The notes under the pieces: model-generated
Databases searched by the model: none
The model's input: the letters and a program-made list of their open reading frames with translations, nothing else
Told to the model about the DNA's origin: nothing
Translations under genes and position numbers: made by a program
Assembly (NCBI GenBank): GCA_016869935.1
Contig: VGCX01000002.1
Span: 1-57,293, forward strand
DNA from: Alphaproteobacteria bacterium
GTDB lineage: Bacteria > Pseudomonadota > Alphaproteobacteria > UBA7879 > VGCX01
Length of the DNA: 57,293 nucleotides
Reading direction: 5' to 3'
In this document: one piece after another, positions 28,720 through 39,442 of the stretch
How positions within the stretch are numbered: position 1 is the stretch's first letter
Layout: the number at the start of each line of letters is the position of its first letter

Positions 28720-29979
28720 ATGTCTCAAAAACTTTTCCGTAAAAACGTAACCTTTTGGTCCAGTCTTGGCGCAAGTCTTGAATATTATGATTTTATTATT
28801 TTTACTTATTTAGCCCCTACGTTGAGTATGGTGTTTTTTGACGACAGTAGTCACGCCTCCCTTATCAAAACATATATGATTTCTTCGATTGCCTATTTTG
28901 CACGTCCATTAGGTTCTCTATTATATGGTCTTATTGGGGATGTAAGAGGACGCTATAAAACGTTTTTAGGTATTATGTATACGATGGCGTTTTCAACACT
29001 TGCAATAGGATTTCTGCCTTCATTTAAAACCATAGGCATTACCGCGTCAATTTTGCTATTTTTCTGTCGCGTGTTCCAAGGTATTTCTTTTGGAGCAGAG
29101 CTTCCAGGCGCTATGATAGTTGTTTGTGAGCATAAAAAAGATACAGAAAAAGGACGTGTTTGTGGTTTTGTTATTTCGAGCATTACATTAGGCAGTATCT
29201 TGGCTTGCTTTTTTTCTTTTGGTCTTACCTGGATTTATCCTCAAGAGACTATTATTGAATGGGCTTGGCGCATTCCTTTTTTATTTGGGGGGATTCTTGG
29301 CCTTATTAATTTGTGGATTCGAAAAAATCTTTCTGAAACGCCCGTTTTTTTATCGCTCCAAAAACAAAAAAAACATGAAACTTTGTGGAAGCCTCTCCAA
29401 GAAATACTAAAATCCTATAAGATGAAAATTGCCCTGGGGGTCTTTTTTGGTCTTAGTGTGGCTTGTCTTATTGTTTCTTACGCCTACTTTCCAAGACTTT
29501 TCCCAGCTTTTTATGGCTATGCCCCCAAAGATGTTTATTGGTATAGTACTTTAGGGCTTCTATGGAGTGCAATTCTTGTGCCTCTTTTAGGGCGTTTATC
29601 CGACCGTCTTGGATACGCTCTGGTTTTCCGATGTTCAAGTATTTTAACTCTGGGGTCTATAGTTTTTCTTTTTATGTTACCAGAGCGGGGATCCGTCTTT
29701 TTGCTTTTATTTTTTCTTGGGTTTCAAACATTGATCGTAGGCCTCATCTCTGCCTATTTTCCCATCCTTGTGAGTCTCTTTCCGCCTCATATACGCTTTA
29801 CTGGGGTTGCTCTTTGTTACAACGTAACCTACGCTTTTATAAGCTTACTTCCCGCTCTTTTGACAGCTTTTTTCGAGTATCCTCCAACCTTATTGATAGG
29901 AACAATTATAGGGTTAAGTTTCATCTCTCTTGTTGCGTTTGAAATGATGGGTTTTTCAACTCAGAGAGTTGAAAAATAG
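28720..29979 (+). CDS. MFS transporter, metabolite:H+ symporter (ProP/KgtP-like) family
   Basis: 419 aa, 12 TM. LEYYDF and GDVRGRYKT motifs are typical of the MHS family. Confidence 0.8.
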   Translation: MSQKLFRKNVTFWSSLGASLEYYDFIIFTYLAPTLSMVFFDDSSHASLIKTYMISSIAYFARPLGSLLYGLIGDVRGRYKTFLGIMYTMAFSTLAIGFLPSFKTIGITASILLFFCRVFQGISFGAELPGAMIVVCEHKKDTEKGRVCGFVISSITLGSILACFFSFGLTWIYPQETIIEWAWRIPFLFGGILGLINLWIRKNLSETPVFLSLQKQKKHETLWKPLQEILKSYKMKIALGVFFGLSVACLIVSYAYFPRLFPAFYGYAPKDVYWYSTLGLLWSAILVPLLGRLSDRLGYALVFRCSSILTLGSIVFLFMLPERGSVFLLLFFLGFQTLIVGLISAYFPILVSLFPPHIRFTGVALCYNVTYAFISLLPALLTAFFEYPPTLLIGTIIGLSFISLVAFEMMGFSTQRVEK

Positions 29980-31355
29980 AAAAGAGCTTTTTGCCTTGAT
30001 GTCCCCAAATCAACGATAGGGTGAGGATATGTTTTCCCAATAATAATTTTTGCCTTTTCTAAAATAGACAATGGCGCTTTCCATGGTTCAAATAAATAAG
30101 CAATCGGAAGCTCTTTTAGCTCTGGTACAAATTTTTTGATATAGATTCCTTCAGGATCAAATTTTTTAGCCTGTGTTGTTGGATTAAAAATCCTAAAATA
30201 GGGTGCTGCATCGGCTCCACTTCCAGCGACCCACTGCCAACCAGCTGAGTTATTAGCAAGATCTGCATCAAGGAGACAATCCCAGAACCATTGCTCTCCT
30301 TTTTTCCAATGAATCAAAAGATTTTTTATTAAAAAAGACCCAACAATCATTCGAATACGATTATGCATATAGCCTGTTTGCCAAAGTTCCCTCATTCCAG
30401 CATCTATGATGGGATACCCAGTTTCTCCACTTTTCCAAGCGTTCAAAAAAGTCTCGTTATTTTCCCAAGGAAACGCATCAAACTTTTTTTGGAAATTTTG
30501 AGAAGGAAGTGTTGGAAAGTGATATAATAAATAGTGGGAAAACTCTCTCCATCCAAGCTCTTTCAAAAAACATTCCGTATGAAGATTTGGCTCAATTTGG
30601 TTGATTTCTTCCCATAGTTGATGGGGGGATATTTCTCCAAAATGTAAATAAGGAGATAGTTTTGAGACATGATACTGCGCTGGAAAGTCTCTTCCATTTT
30701 TATAAAAAGATAGATGGTCTTCCACAAAGACTTCTAGCCGTTTTTGAGCCGCTTGTTCGCCAACAGTCCAGTGATGATGAAATTTTTCCTCCCATGGCTG
30801 TTTAGACAAGAGACTAAGATTTTCTACAGACAAAGAATTTGTATCGTGATAGAAAATTGGGTTGGTTACAGTCGCTATAGTTTTTCTAGGGGGCCGCCCT
30901 TTCAGGCAACCATTTTGATAAAATGGGGTAAATACTTGATAGGGATTACCTTCTTTTTTTAAAACATCAAAGGGCTCCCAAAGAAGTGATCCATTAAAGC
31001 TTTCAACCTCAATCCCTTTTTCACGAAGACTAAGCTTGATAACTTTGTCTTGCTGAATGCGCCAAGGATCATAACAACGATTCCATACCACTTTTTGAAT
31101 TTTGTGTTTTTCAACAAGTTTTAATAAAATATCTTGAGGAGAACCTCTATATAAAGAAAGATTGCCAAGAAGGCTATCCTTTAAAGATTTTAGGGAATGG
31201 TGAAGCCACCATTTACTTGCACTTCCTATAGGAAAAGGATGACCTTCTGTTTCATCAAAAATATAAACAGGAAAGATAGTGTGTTCTGCCGCGTGAGAAA
31301 ACGCTGGATTATCATGCAGTCTTAAGTCTTGACGGAACCAGTGAAGTATTTTCAT
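29961..31355 (-). CDS. phrB: Deoxyribodipyrimidine photolyase (cryptochrome/photolyase family)
   Basis: 464 aa. MKILHWFRQDLRLHDNPAF N-terminus and FAD-binding TGYPIIDAGMRELWQTGYMHNRIRMIVGSFL. Confidence 0.88.
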   Translation of the reverse strand: MKILHWFRQDLRLHDNPAFSHAAEHTIFPVYIFDETEGHPFPIGSASKWWLHHSLKSLKDSLLGNLSLYRGSPQDILLKLVEKHKIQKVVWNRCYDPWRIQQDKVIKLSLREKGIEVESFNGSLLWEPFDVLKKEGNPYQVFTPFYQNGCLKGRPPRKTIATVTNPIFYHDTNSLSVENLSLLSKQPWEEKFHHHWTVGEQAAQKRLEVFVEDHLSFYKNGRDFPAQYHVSKLSPYLHFGEISPHQLWEEINQIEPNLHTECFLKELGWREFSHYLLYHFPTLPSQNFQKKFDAFPWENNETFLNAWKSGETGYPIIDAGMRELWQTGYMHNRIRMIVGSFLIKNLLIHWKKGEQWFWDCLLDADLANNSAGWQWVAGSGADAAPYFRIFNPTTQAKKFDPEGIYIKKFVPELKELPIAYLFEPWKAPLSILEKAKIIIGKTYPHPIVDLGTSRQKALFYFSTL

Positions 31356-31514
31356 AATTTCTATTAAGCAAAAGCCTTTTTAAAAATACAACAGTTTTTT
31401 TCTAGATAACTTAAAGGATTAAAAGGCTCTAAGTGCTTGATCTTTCCACTTTTCGTTTCCATAAATCTATGATAAGATCATCCCATAAAAACAATAAATT
31501 AAAGTAGTAACAGG

Positions 31515-33380
31515 GTGCGCAAGCTATCAATCTTCACATTTATTTTTTTGAGTATACTAGGAATCTCTAGGTATGCCGTTTCTTCTTTAAGTCCAACAGG
31601 CCATATTCCTTATAAAACATTTATCTATGGGGCGGATAACGTAGAGCTTAGAAAAGTTTTACGAGCAGCGTCTAAGCTTGTTGCTGGACAATCAAGTCCC
31701 CCACAAACTATTAACGACCTGAAGCAACTTGCTGTTCAAGACATGAAAAACTTGCAAGAAGTTTTGGCTGCTGAGGGTTACTATGATGCGGAGCTTGATT
31801 TCTTTGTGGATATTCAAACGATTCCTGTTACAGTTTATCTTAAAATTAACCTGGGAAAAATTTATACTCTTGGGGCATTTAAGATTAAGTCAGATCCCCC
31901 TAATGATCCCCAAATGCCATTGATTTCAAAAAATGTTACGCGTATCGGTGTTCAGATAGGCATGCCTGCAAAAAAGGATAAAATCAAAGATGTCATTGAT
32001 AAAATCATGAAGTTTCTGAAAGATAGAGGAAAGCCCCTTGCAAAAGTAAAAGAAGATCGGATGGTAATCGATCGTTCAGCAAAAGAAATGCATGTAGCGC
32101 TGCTCATAGAATCAGGCCCTCTTGTTCGATTTGGAAATATTGTGATTGAAAATAGTGGGGGCGTAAAACCTGAGTTTATTCAAAGTAAACTTGCCTGGAA
32201 AAAGGGAGACATTTACAACAGAGAGAAAATCATTGAAACAATTCAGACGCTTCATAACAGTCGCTTATTTAAATCTATAAGCATTACAAACGCTGAAACA
32301 ACCAACGAACAAGGGTTTATGGATGTTTACATTAATCTAAGAGGATCAACACCCAGCGAATATAGCATTGGATCATCCTACCAACCTAAGGAGGGAATGA
32401 TACAGGAAATTGCTTGGGAAGGCCGGAACCTTATGGATAGTGGAGAAATTTTTAATTTATCTACGCATCTTGGATCTAAACAAAAAACAGGAGAATTAGT
32501 TCTGCTTTTGCCAGACTTCCAAAAAATTAACTTAGACTTTACAACGAAAATTCGCGCTGGAAAGTGGGACTACCCTGCTTTTGAAAAGCAAGGAGTTGAA
32601 ATGAAGTCATCGGTTACATATCCTCTTTTTGGTCCTCAGTTTGTTGGAGATGCAGGTGTGTCGTTTGAGATAAATAATATCAATAGAAATGGTGAGAAAG
32701 AAGACACTTATCGGATTCTTGGGCTACCATTTGGTGTGAAGTATTCTGACGTTGAAGGGGGATGGCAACCCAGAAAAGGTTTTAGAGTAAAAGCACGCGT
32801 ATATCCTTATGCAACTGTCTTTGGCAAAATGAAATCCCATATACGGCTTCATTTAAATCCTGAACTATTTTACCCTTTAACGAAAACAGAAGATGTCGTT
32901 GCAACAGCTTGGATGGATGCTGGATTCGCACCTGGTGCAGGTAAATCTGTCGTTCCCTCTCACAAGCTTTACTATCCTGGAGGTGCAGGAAGTATCCGTG
33001 GGTATAAGTTCCAAATGGCAGGACCATTAGATTCTTCTAAAAACCCCAAGGGGGGTCGATCTATGCTCTTGCTTGGCGTAGGTGTTAATAATTATGTTAC
33101 CGATTCTTTAACGCTCTCGGGGTATATGGACTGGGGAACAGCTTATGATCGTCAATATAGCGATTTCTCTAACGGTCTTCTTTGGGGTATTGGCGCTGGT
33201 ATTAAATACCATACCATTTATGGGGATCTGAGTTTTGATATTGCCTCCCCAGTTAACCGCCGATCTGAGGATAGTGCGATAGAATTTTATTTAAGCTTTA
33301 ACGTCAAGCCCTACGAAGTCTATCAGGGACTCTACAAAACTTTTACACCACCAGCTATTCAAAATAATGGTGAGATTTAA
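31515..33380 (+). CDS. tamA: Omp85-family outer-membrane protein, TamA-like (POTRA repeats plus surface-antigen barrel)
   Basis: 621 aa, GTG start, signal peptide. POTRA-like N-terminal repeats and a C-terminal barrel ending in aromatic-rich strands. Confidence 0.7.
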   Translation: MRKLSIFTFIFLSILGISRYAVSSLSPTGHIPYKTFIYGADNVELRKVLRAASKLVAGQSSPPQTINDLKQLAVQDMKNLQEVLAAEGYYDAELDFFVDIQTIPVTVYLKINLGKIYTLGAFKIKSDPPNDPQMPLISKNVTRIGVQIGMPAKKDKIKDVIDKIMKFLKDRGKPLAKVKEDRMVIDRSAKEMHVALLIESGPLVRFGNIVIENSGGVKPEFIQSKLAWKKGDIYNREKIIETIQTLHNSRLFKSISITNAETTNEQGFMDVYINLRGSTPSEYSIGSSYQPKEGMIQEIAWEGRNLMDSGEIFNLSTHLGSKQKTGELVLLLPDFQKINLDFTTKIRAGKWDYPAFEKQGVEMKSSVTYPLFGPQFVGDAGVSFEINNINRNGEKEDTYRILGLPFGVKYSDVEGGWQPRKGFRVKARVYPYATVFGKMKSHIRLHLNPELFYPLTKTEDVVATAWMDAGFAPGAGKSVVPSHKLYYPGGAGSIRGYKFQMAGPLDSSKNPKGGRSMLLLGVGVNNYVTDSLTLSGYMDWGTAYDRQYSDFSNGLLWGIGAGIKYHTIYGDLSFDIASPVNRRSEDSAIEFYLSFNVKPYEVYQGLYKTFTPPAIQNNGEI

Positions 33381-34324
33381 TAGTGTGACCCTAAAGCCTT
33401 TATACGGCCTATAATATCTTTTGTTTGCAGAGGAATTTTATAAGACCAGGACTCTAAAGATCCCTCAAAAAATCTTATTATTCCTTTTTCTAAAAGATCT
33501 TTGTGAAAACGCCCCAATTTTTTAGAAAAGCCTTTTAAGGTTAGTATATAAACAGGTTTTCCTGTAGCTATTGCCTCCGAAATCATTGAAACAGAGTCGG
33601 CTGTAACCAAGATTATGTCTGCATGGGCTAAAATGCCTAAATAAGGATTAGGTCCTTTCTCATCCCATATAAACTTTAAAGTTTCCCCTAGTCCTTTTCT
33701 AAAAGCCTCGAGGCATTTTGTTTCTGTTCGTCTTGAAGCCGTAAGCATATAACTAATAGGATTTTTTTCAGCTAAAAGTCTCAATTGGGTGGCATAAGTT
33801 TCTAATAAGGGTACAGGCATTTGATAGTGTCTTGTTTTCCCCCCTAGCAAAATAGCAACTTTTTTAGGGTTCATAGCTCCCAAAAGAGAATCATGTTCTT
33901 TATAAGCCTGTTCTAAGACTTTAGGTGTTACTGGATGAAGGCATCCCAAAGTTTCTATAACGTTGGGTCCTTTTAACTGGTCATGAGACGGGGCAATAAC
34001 AATGTCAAATTTTTCAGGAGAAAGATGAGGATTTTGGAGAAAAATTGTCAAAGTTTTTCCTTGGCTTAGTTGTCGAATTTTTGCTGCAACAGCTGAAGCT
34101 GATCGACTTGCCGCAATTAGTACTTGTGGCCATGGTTCTTTTTTGGGTAGTCCCTTAATACCAATTAGAGGGAAAAACCAAAAAATAGGGGGCAGTAAAG
34201 ACCAGGGAAATCGAGGTTTGATTTGAAAAACAGTAGGTGTTAACCCTAAAGAAGAGGCAAGACCCAAACACTGATTTTCAGTTCCTTTTTTTCCGTCTGT
34301 TATGATCCAAGTCGTTTTTGACAT
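33377..34324 (-). CDS. ELM1 / DUF1022-family protein (predicted glycosyltransferase-like fold)
   Basis: 315 aa. [24 protein letters not shown]-terminus is characteristic of the bacterial ELM1-like family. Its start shares one nucleotide with the greA stop. Confidence 0.7.
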   Translation of the reverse strand: MSKTTWIITDGKKGTENQCLGLASSLGLTPTVFQIKPRFPWSLLPPIFWFFPLIGIKGLPKKEPWPQVLIAASRSASAVAAKIRQLSQGKTLTIFLQNPHLSPEKFDIVIAPSHDQLKGPNVIETLGCLHPVTPKVLEQAYKEHDSLLGAMNPKKVAILLGGKTRHYQMPVPLLETYATQLRLLAEKNPISYMLTASRRTETKCLEAFRKGLGETLKFIWDEKGPNPYLGILAHADIILVTADSVSMISEAIATGKPVYILTLKGFSKKLGRFHKDLLEKGIIRFFEGSLESWSYKIPLQTKDIIGRIKALGSHY

Positions 34325-34797
34325 CAGGAATAGGAAACATTTAGGATTTGATAATATGTTTCTCCTTTTGGAGCAACAACTTCTATCTGATCACCTTTTT
34401 TCTTTCCAATCAAAGCTCTTGCTAAAGGAGCTGTCAGAGAGAGTAAATTATTCTGAATATCTGCTTCTTCTTCTCCAACTATTTGATAAGAAACTTTTTC
34501 TTCTGTTTCTTCGTCGAGTAAAACTACGGTTGCTCCAAAGCGCACAATGTCACCTGATAATGTTTTTACGTCGATTACTTGTGCCCTTGAAATCTTTGAC
34601 CCTAATTCAAGAATGCGTCCTTCGATAAAAGATTGTTTTTCCTTTGCTGCGTGATATTCGGCATTTTCTGAAAGATCTCCGTGCTTACGTGCTTCTTCAA
34701 TTGCTCGAATAACAGAAGGCCTTTCAATATTTTTTAAATGAGTTAACTCTTCTTTTAAACTTTCATATCCCTTTGTTGTCATGGGAACTTTTTCCAT
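34324..34797 (-). CDS. greA: Transcription elongation factor GreA
   Basis: ORF track extends to 34851. ATG at 34797 is preceded by AAAAGGAGAAG and gives a 157-aa [18 protein letters not shown]... protein of GreA size. Confidence 0.92.
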   Translation of the reverse strand: MEKVPMTTKGYESLKEELTHLKNIERPSVIRAIEEARKHGDLSENAEYHAAKEKQSFIEGRILELGSKISRAQVIDVKTLSGDIVRFGATVVLLDEETEEKVSYQIVGEEEADIQNNLLSLTAPLARALIGKKKGDQIEVVAPKGETYYQILNVSYS

Positions 34798-35038
34798 AAA
34801 AACTTCTCCTTTTGAGCGGTTTATCGCATTAAATTCCATATCAAATGACACAAATAGCTACAAGGAACGAGAGACTGGAGCCCCAGATTTATCTAAGGGA
34901 ATGGTTTCGAACTCTTTGATGCCCTTTGAATTATTTAAGATGGCATTTCGCATAATTTTTGGCCTAAAAGTACAAAAAAGTCAATATAACATCTTTTGTG
35001 CTACGCGCTGCTTCTTTGGGATTTTTGACTCTTGGGAT

Positions 35039-36289
35039 CTATAAGGATAGATAGTTCTGATGAGATGGAATGAGATTTTTATTCCAAATCTTTTTTACAT
35101 CGACAATCAAAGCCCCTGGTTTTCCTAAGCGTTCGAAATCTTTAGAAGAGAAGTGATAAAAAGCTTCGTGTGAAACAGCCCCAACAATACAATCGAACCC
35201 GCTCAATTTTTCAAGGGCTTCAAGAGAAATTTTATAGTACTTTTCTGCTTCATTTGAGTCAGCTATCGGATCAACAACAGTTATCTTATGGCCAAAACCT
35301 TCTAGCGTACGGATCACATCAATTACTTTTGTATTGCGAAGATCTGGAACATTTTCCTTAAATGTTAATCCCAGGACTAAAATATTAGACAGCTTATGAC
35401 CAAGTTTCTTGTGGATTCTTTCGCCGATCCAAGGTCCCATGCCATCATTAACAGAGCGACCTGCCAAAATAACTTCAGGATTAACCCCTACCAATTTTGC
35501 ACATTCTGCGAGGTAAAAAGGATCCACCCCTATACAATGGCCCCCTACAAGGCCTGGTGTGAATGGAAGGAAGTTCCACTTTGTTTTTGCTGCTTCTAAA
35601 ACATCATAAGTTGAAATTCCTAGGCGATCAAATATCATGGTGATTTCGTTCATAAAGGCAATATTGATGTCGCGTTGGGCGTTTTCAATAACCTTTGCGG
35701 CTTCCGCAGTTTTAATATCTTTCGCTAAGAAAACTTTTGTAACCTTTTCGTAAATGGTCTTTAGTACTTCTTGCACTTTTGGATTTTGTCCCGCAACAAC
35801 TTTAGTGATTTTATCAACGGTATGAACCTTATCACCAGGATTAATGCGCTCTGGCGAATATCCTAAAAAGAAATCAACACCGGAAGTAAGCTTAGAACTT
35901 TTTTCAAGTTCTTTGCCGCAAATATCTTCTGTAACACCGGGGTATACAGTGCTTTCAAAAACAACGATTGCTCCTGGTTTAAGGAAAGGGCCTATCATTT
36001 GGCAAGCATTAACAAGCAAAGAGAGGTCGGGTTTGTTTTGAGAATCTACAGGGGTTGGAACTGTTACAATATAGACATCCTGATTTTCAAGAGATGTTTG
36101 GGTGTCAGAATAATGAATGGACGATTCTACTAAAACAGAAGAGGGAACTTCTTTGGTTAGATCGTTTGCGTTTTTTAGGTCTTTTATTCGTTGTGCATTA
36201 ACATCAAAACCCGTTACGTTATAATGACGAGATAAAGAAACAGCCAGTGGTAGTCCAACATATCCAAGACCCAGAATACAAATATTCAC
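35039..36289 (-). CDS. Nucleotide-sugar 6-dehydrogenase (UDP-GlcNAc/UDP-ManNAc dehydrogenase, TviB/WbpO-like)
   Basis: 416 aa. N-terminal Rossmann ICILGLGYVGLPLA and catalytic-Cys motif GGHCIGVDP. Confidence 0.85.
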   Translation of the reverse strand: MNICILGLGYVGLPLAVSLSRHYNVTGFDVNAQRIKDLKNANDLTKEVPSSVLVESSIHYSDTQTSLENQDVYIVTVPTPVDSQNKPDLSLLVNACQMIGPFLKPGAIVVFESTVYPGVTEDICGKELEKSSKLTSGVDFFLGYSPERINPGDKVHTVDKITKVVAGQNPKVQEVLKTIYEKVTKVFLAKDIKTAEAAKVIENAQRDINIAFMNEITMIFDRLGISTYDVLEAAKTKWNFLPFTPGLVGGHCIGVDPFYLAECAKLVGVNPEVILAGRSVNDGMGPWIGERIHKKLGHKLSNILVLGLTFKENVPDLRNTKVIDVIRTLEGFGHKITVVDPIADSNEAEKYYKISLEALEKLSGFDCIVGAVSHEAFYHFSSKDFERLGKPGALIVDVKKIWNKNLIPSHQNYLSL

Positions 36290-36443
36290 GTAGATTTCCT
36301 TAATTATTTTACACTGAAAAACTTATCAAACATTAGGCCTTTGAACAACAAGATATTTTAATGTGCAGGAACAATTCAGAGAACTTTTGCCTTTTTATCT
36401 TCTGGAGCAACAGATAATGGAGCTACTCCAGAAGTGGTCTTTA

Positions 36444-37184
36444 TTAAAAACCTTCTAATTCGAAAAGGTCTGACAAGAAACTGTAAACCATTTTACGTAC
36501 AAATAAAGGATTATCAAGCCAACAAAAATGACCAGAATTTGGAACAGTTTTTATGGTGATGTTTTCTCTTTGAAACAGACTATCTTTCCTAAAGGGGTTA
36601 AAGGGAACAATAGTATCCTTCTTTGCGCCCAAAATAAGTGTTGGGAGTGTTTGAGGGATCCATTGAGCTTTATAGTTTGTTTCTATGATCTTTTTTTGGA
36701 ACCATAAAGCAGCTTTTTGATTAAAAGCATACCCATCAAGAAAAGATTTTATTTCAAAGTCTGGGTTTTTTGGCAAAGAAGAAGCCGTATTTAATAAAAT
36801 AATACCAGATAGTAATTTTTCTGTTTGGGGCAACATAAGAGGGATCATTCCCCCAAAACTATGACTGATAAGGATAGGGCGATCAAACCGTTGGATTGTC
36901 TCTAGAAAAAGATTAAACCATCCATCAAAATTTTTAAACTTGCGTTTAAGGTTATTGCCATTATCAGGAAGATCGACGCGCCAAACATTTGTTGGCAACT
37001 GCAGCATATGAGCAAGAGGCAAAAAATACTCAGAACTTAGTCCAGGTATACCTGAAAGTAGTAAAACATTTTTAGGGATCGTGGAGCAGACCTGCACCTG
37101 ATTGTATAAGACAAAATCATCGTCTCTGAAAGTGAATATGCTATTTGTATGATTAATAGTACTGCCTTCTTGTTGTTCCGACAT
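36444..37184 (-). CDS. Alpha/beta-fold hydrolase
   Basis: Nucleophile elbow SHSFGG and C-terminal GHFCWLD. I prefer the start at MSEQQEG (37184, AGGA 8 nt upstream) over the ORF-track start 37226. Confidence 0.65.
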   Translation of the reverse strand: MSEQQEGSTINHTNSIFTFRDDDFVLYNQVQVCSTIPKNVLLLSGIPGLSSEYFLPLAHMLQLPTNVWRVDLPDNGNNLKRKFKNFDGWFNLFLETIQRFDRPILISHSFGGMIPLMLPQTEKLLSGIILLNTASSLPKNPDFEIKSFLDGYAFNQKAALWFQKKIIETNYKAQWIPQTLPTLILGAKKDTIVPFNPFRKDSLFQRENITIKTVPNSGHFCWLDNPLFVRKMVYSFLSDLFELEGF

Positions 37185-37440
37185 GTAACCCATCCTTTTC
37201 TTAAGTAAAATTAACAAATAAAACAATAAAATTTGATACTTGATTTATTGTTAACAGAGTCTTTTCACTCTTGGTTGATAATATTATAAAGAGAAGAAAA
37301 ATGCCTTAGAAGACAGGGTTTTGTATACTTTTCTCTCTTTACAAGCCCATTGAAATATCTCGAAAAAATATTTCTTAGGAGCTTTTTAAGATCAAAATAT
37401 TATATTGTCAATAAAAAAATAATAAAATTTTATAAAATTA

Positions 37441-38148
37441 TTATAACATATTGTTTTTATTGATTTCTTTTTTAAAATTTTGAGCAACTAAATAGAGTTC
37501 AGAAGATTCTTTTCTGCTCGAGTTGGGTTTAAAGTGTTTTACAGAGCCAAAAGATTTTTTTAAAACTTTAAGAAAAGAGGACTCAGCGCCTCCTTGAAAT
37601 ACCTTTGCAACAAAACAGCCATCTTCTTTTAATACCTCTTGAGCAAAGAAAAAAGCAGATTCGATTAATCCTATAATTCTCAAGTGATCAGTTTTCTTGT
37701 GCCCTGTAGTAGAAGGAGCCATGTCACTCAAAACAAGATCAACGGGCCCATTTAAAAGGGTCTTTATAGAATTTACAGTTTCTTCCTCTGTAAAATCCCC
37801 AAGGATTAAAGTAGTGCCTTGAATAGGATCCATTTTTAGAAGATCAATACCAATGATTTGGCTATTAGGAAGAGAGGTGTTAACTTTTTGAGCAACAATT
37901 TGAGTCCAGCCCCCTGGTGCAGCGCCAAGATCCACAACGCGAAGTTCTTCCTTTAAAAAATTAAATTTTTCGTTTAGCTCGATCAATTTGAAAGCAGCTC
38001 GAGATCTGTAGCCTAATTTTTTTGCCTCTCTCACATAGGGATCATTAAGTTGTCGCTCTAACCAAGTTTTTGACGAAAGCGTGCGGCCACGATTCTTTTT
38101 GAGTTTTACTTTTTGATTTCTGGAGGAGATTTTTTCTTGATCAGGCAT
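37441..38148 (-). CDS. rlmE: 23S rRNA (uridine2552-2'-O)-methyltransferase RlmE (FtsJ)
   Basis: 235 aa. RSRAAFKLIELNEKF and DLGAAPGGW SAM motif. Confidence 0.9.
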   Translation of the reverse strand: MPDQEKISSRNQKVKLKKNRGRTLSSKTWLERQLNDPYVREAKKLGYRSRAAFKLIELNEKFNFLKEELRVVDLGAAPGGWTQIVAQKVNTSLPNSQIIGIDLLKMDPIQGTTLILGDFTEEETVNSIKTLLNGPVDLVLSDMAPSTTGHKKTDHLRIIGLIESAFFFAQEVLKEDGCFVAKVFQGGAESSFLKVLKKSFGSVKHFKPNSSRKESSELYLVAQNFKKEINKNNML

Positions 38149-39370
38149 GGTTTTTAATCGGAAGAGTAAGGTTAAATTTTTCCCATACCTTTAAGAGACT
38201 TTCTATGAACAGTTCAATCATTTTTTCCGTATGAAAAGGTGTTAGCGTAACCCTTAATCGTTCTTGCCCTTTTGGTACTGTTGGGTAGTTAATCGGTTGA
38301 ACATAAATATTGTGATACTCCAAAAGTTCATCACTTATTTGTTTGCACAAAGAAGCATTTCGAATCATGATCGGAACAATGTGACTATCACTATCAAGAA
38401 AGTCTATAGGGGTTTTTCTTAAGGCTTTCTTCAAAAAATCCACTCTTTTATGCATTGTTTCTCTTTCAGATTGGGATTTTTTAAGGTGCTGAACGCTTGC
38501 CAAGGCTCCTGCGCAAATAACTGGCGGTAGCGACGTTGTAAAGATGAAGGGGGAAGCAAAACTTCTAATAAAATCAACTAAGTGATGGTTTCCTGCAATA
38601 TATCCTCCCATTACACCTATTGTTTTTCCAAAGTTAGCACAAATAACTGAAACTCTATGGGATAACCCTTCCCTTTGTACGATCCCTCCGCCTTGTTCAC
38701 CATAAAGTCCCACAGCATGGACTTCATCGACAAAGGTAAGGGCTTGATATTTATCCGCTAGGTCACATATTTTTTCTATGGGAGCAATATCTCCACCCAT
38801 AGAATAAACAGATTCAAAAGCAACAATTTTAGGAGCGGAAGGGGGAGAATCTTTTAAAAGCTTTTCTAAATGTTCAAGATCATTATGACGAAACACACGT
38901 TTTTCTGTTCCAGAATAGCGAATACCATGAATCATGGAAGCATGATTCTGTTCATCGGAAAAAATAATACAATCAGGTAAGTGCCTTCCCAAAGTTGAAA
39001 GAGTCGCTTCGTTTGCAACATATCCAGATGTAAACAAAAGGGCAGTATCTTTTTGATGTAAATCTGCCAATTCTTTTTCTAATTTAACATGCCAATGATG
39101 TGTTCCACCGATATTTCTTGTTCCACCAGACCCAGCTCCATCTTGGTCTATAGAATGATGCATAAGATTTAATACTGAAGGATGCATCCCCATTCCCAAA
39201 TAATCATTCGAGCACCAAATGGTTACTTCTTTTTGTACTGGCCCTTTGCAGTAAAGAACTTTGGGAAAGGCATTTGGGATTTTTTTTAGCTGAATAAACG
39301 TACGATAGCGACCTTCTTCTTTTAGGGTTTTAAGAGAAGTTTGAAAAAAATCATCATAAGATCTCATCAT
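38141..39370 (-). CDS. hemA: 5-aminolevulinate synthase (C4 haem pathway)
   Basis: 409 aa. EGRYRTF near the N-terminus, [10 protein letters not shown], and alpha-oxoamine synthase PLP fold. Confidence 0.92.
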   Translation of the reverse strand: MMRSYDDFFQTSLKTLKEEGRYRTFIQLKKIPNAFPKVLYCKGPVQKEVTIWCSNDYLGMGMHPSVLNLMHHSIDQDGAGSGGTRNIGGTHHWHVKLEKELADLHQKDTALLFTSGYVANEATLSTLGRHLPDCIIFSDEQNHASMIHGIRYSGTEKRVFRHNDLEHLEKLLKDSPPSAPKIVAFESVYSMGGDIAPIEKICDLADKYQALTFVDEVHAVGLYGEQGGGIVQREGLSHRVSVICANFGKTIGVMGGYIAGNHHLVDFIRSFASPFIFTTSLPPVICAGALASVQHLKKSQSERETMHKRVDFLKKALRKTPIDFLDSDSHIVPIMIRNASLCKQISDELLEYHNIYVQPINYPTVPKGQERLRVTLTPFHTEKMIELFIESLLKVWEKFNLTLPIKNHA

Positions 39371-39442
39371 AGACGTTCAATTCCATACATTGACGCAGAC
39401 CCTATCATATTTTATAAAGTTATTAAAGCAAAAGATAAAATA

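Noticed and set aside
34871-34920. tRNA-like TTCGAA-containing stretch (GGTTTCGAACTC at 34903-34914) in the greA-upstream gap
   Set aside because: The flanks do not form a T stem, and no acceptor or anticodon arms can be drawn on either strand.
36399-36434. 9-bp inverted repeat CTTCTGGAG / CTCCAGAAG downstream of the alpha/beta hydrolase gene
   Set aside because: It has no U-tract on either strand and occurs once. It is most simply a weak or factor-dependent termination hairpin and is not otherwise informative.
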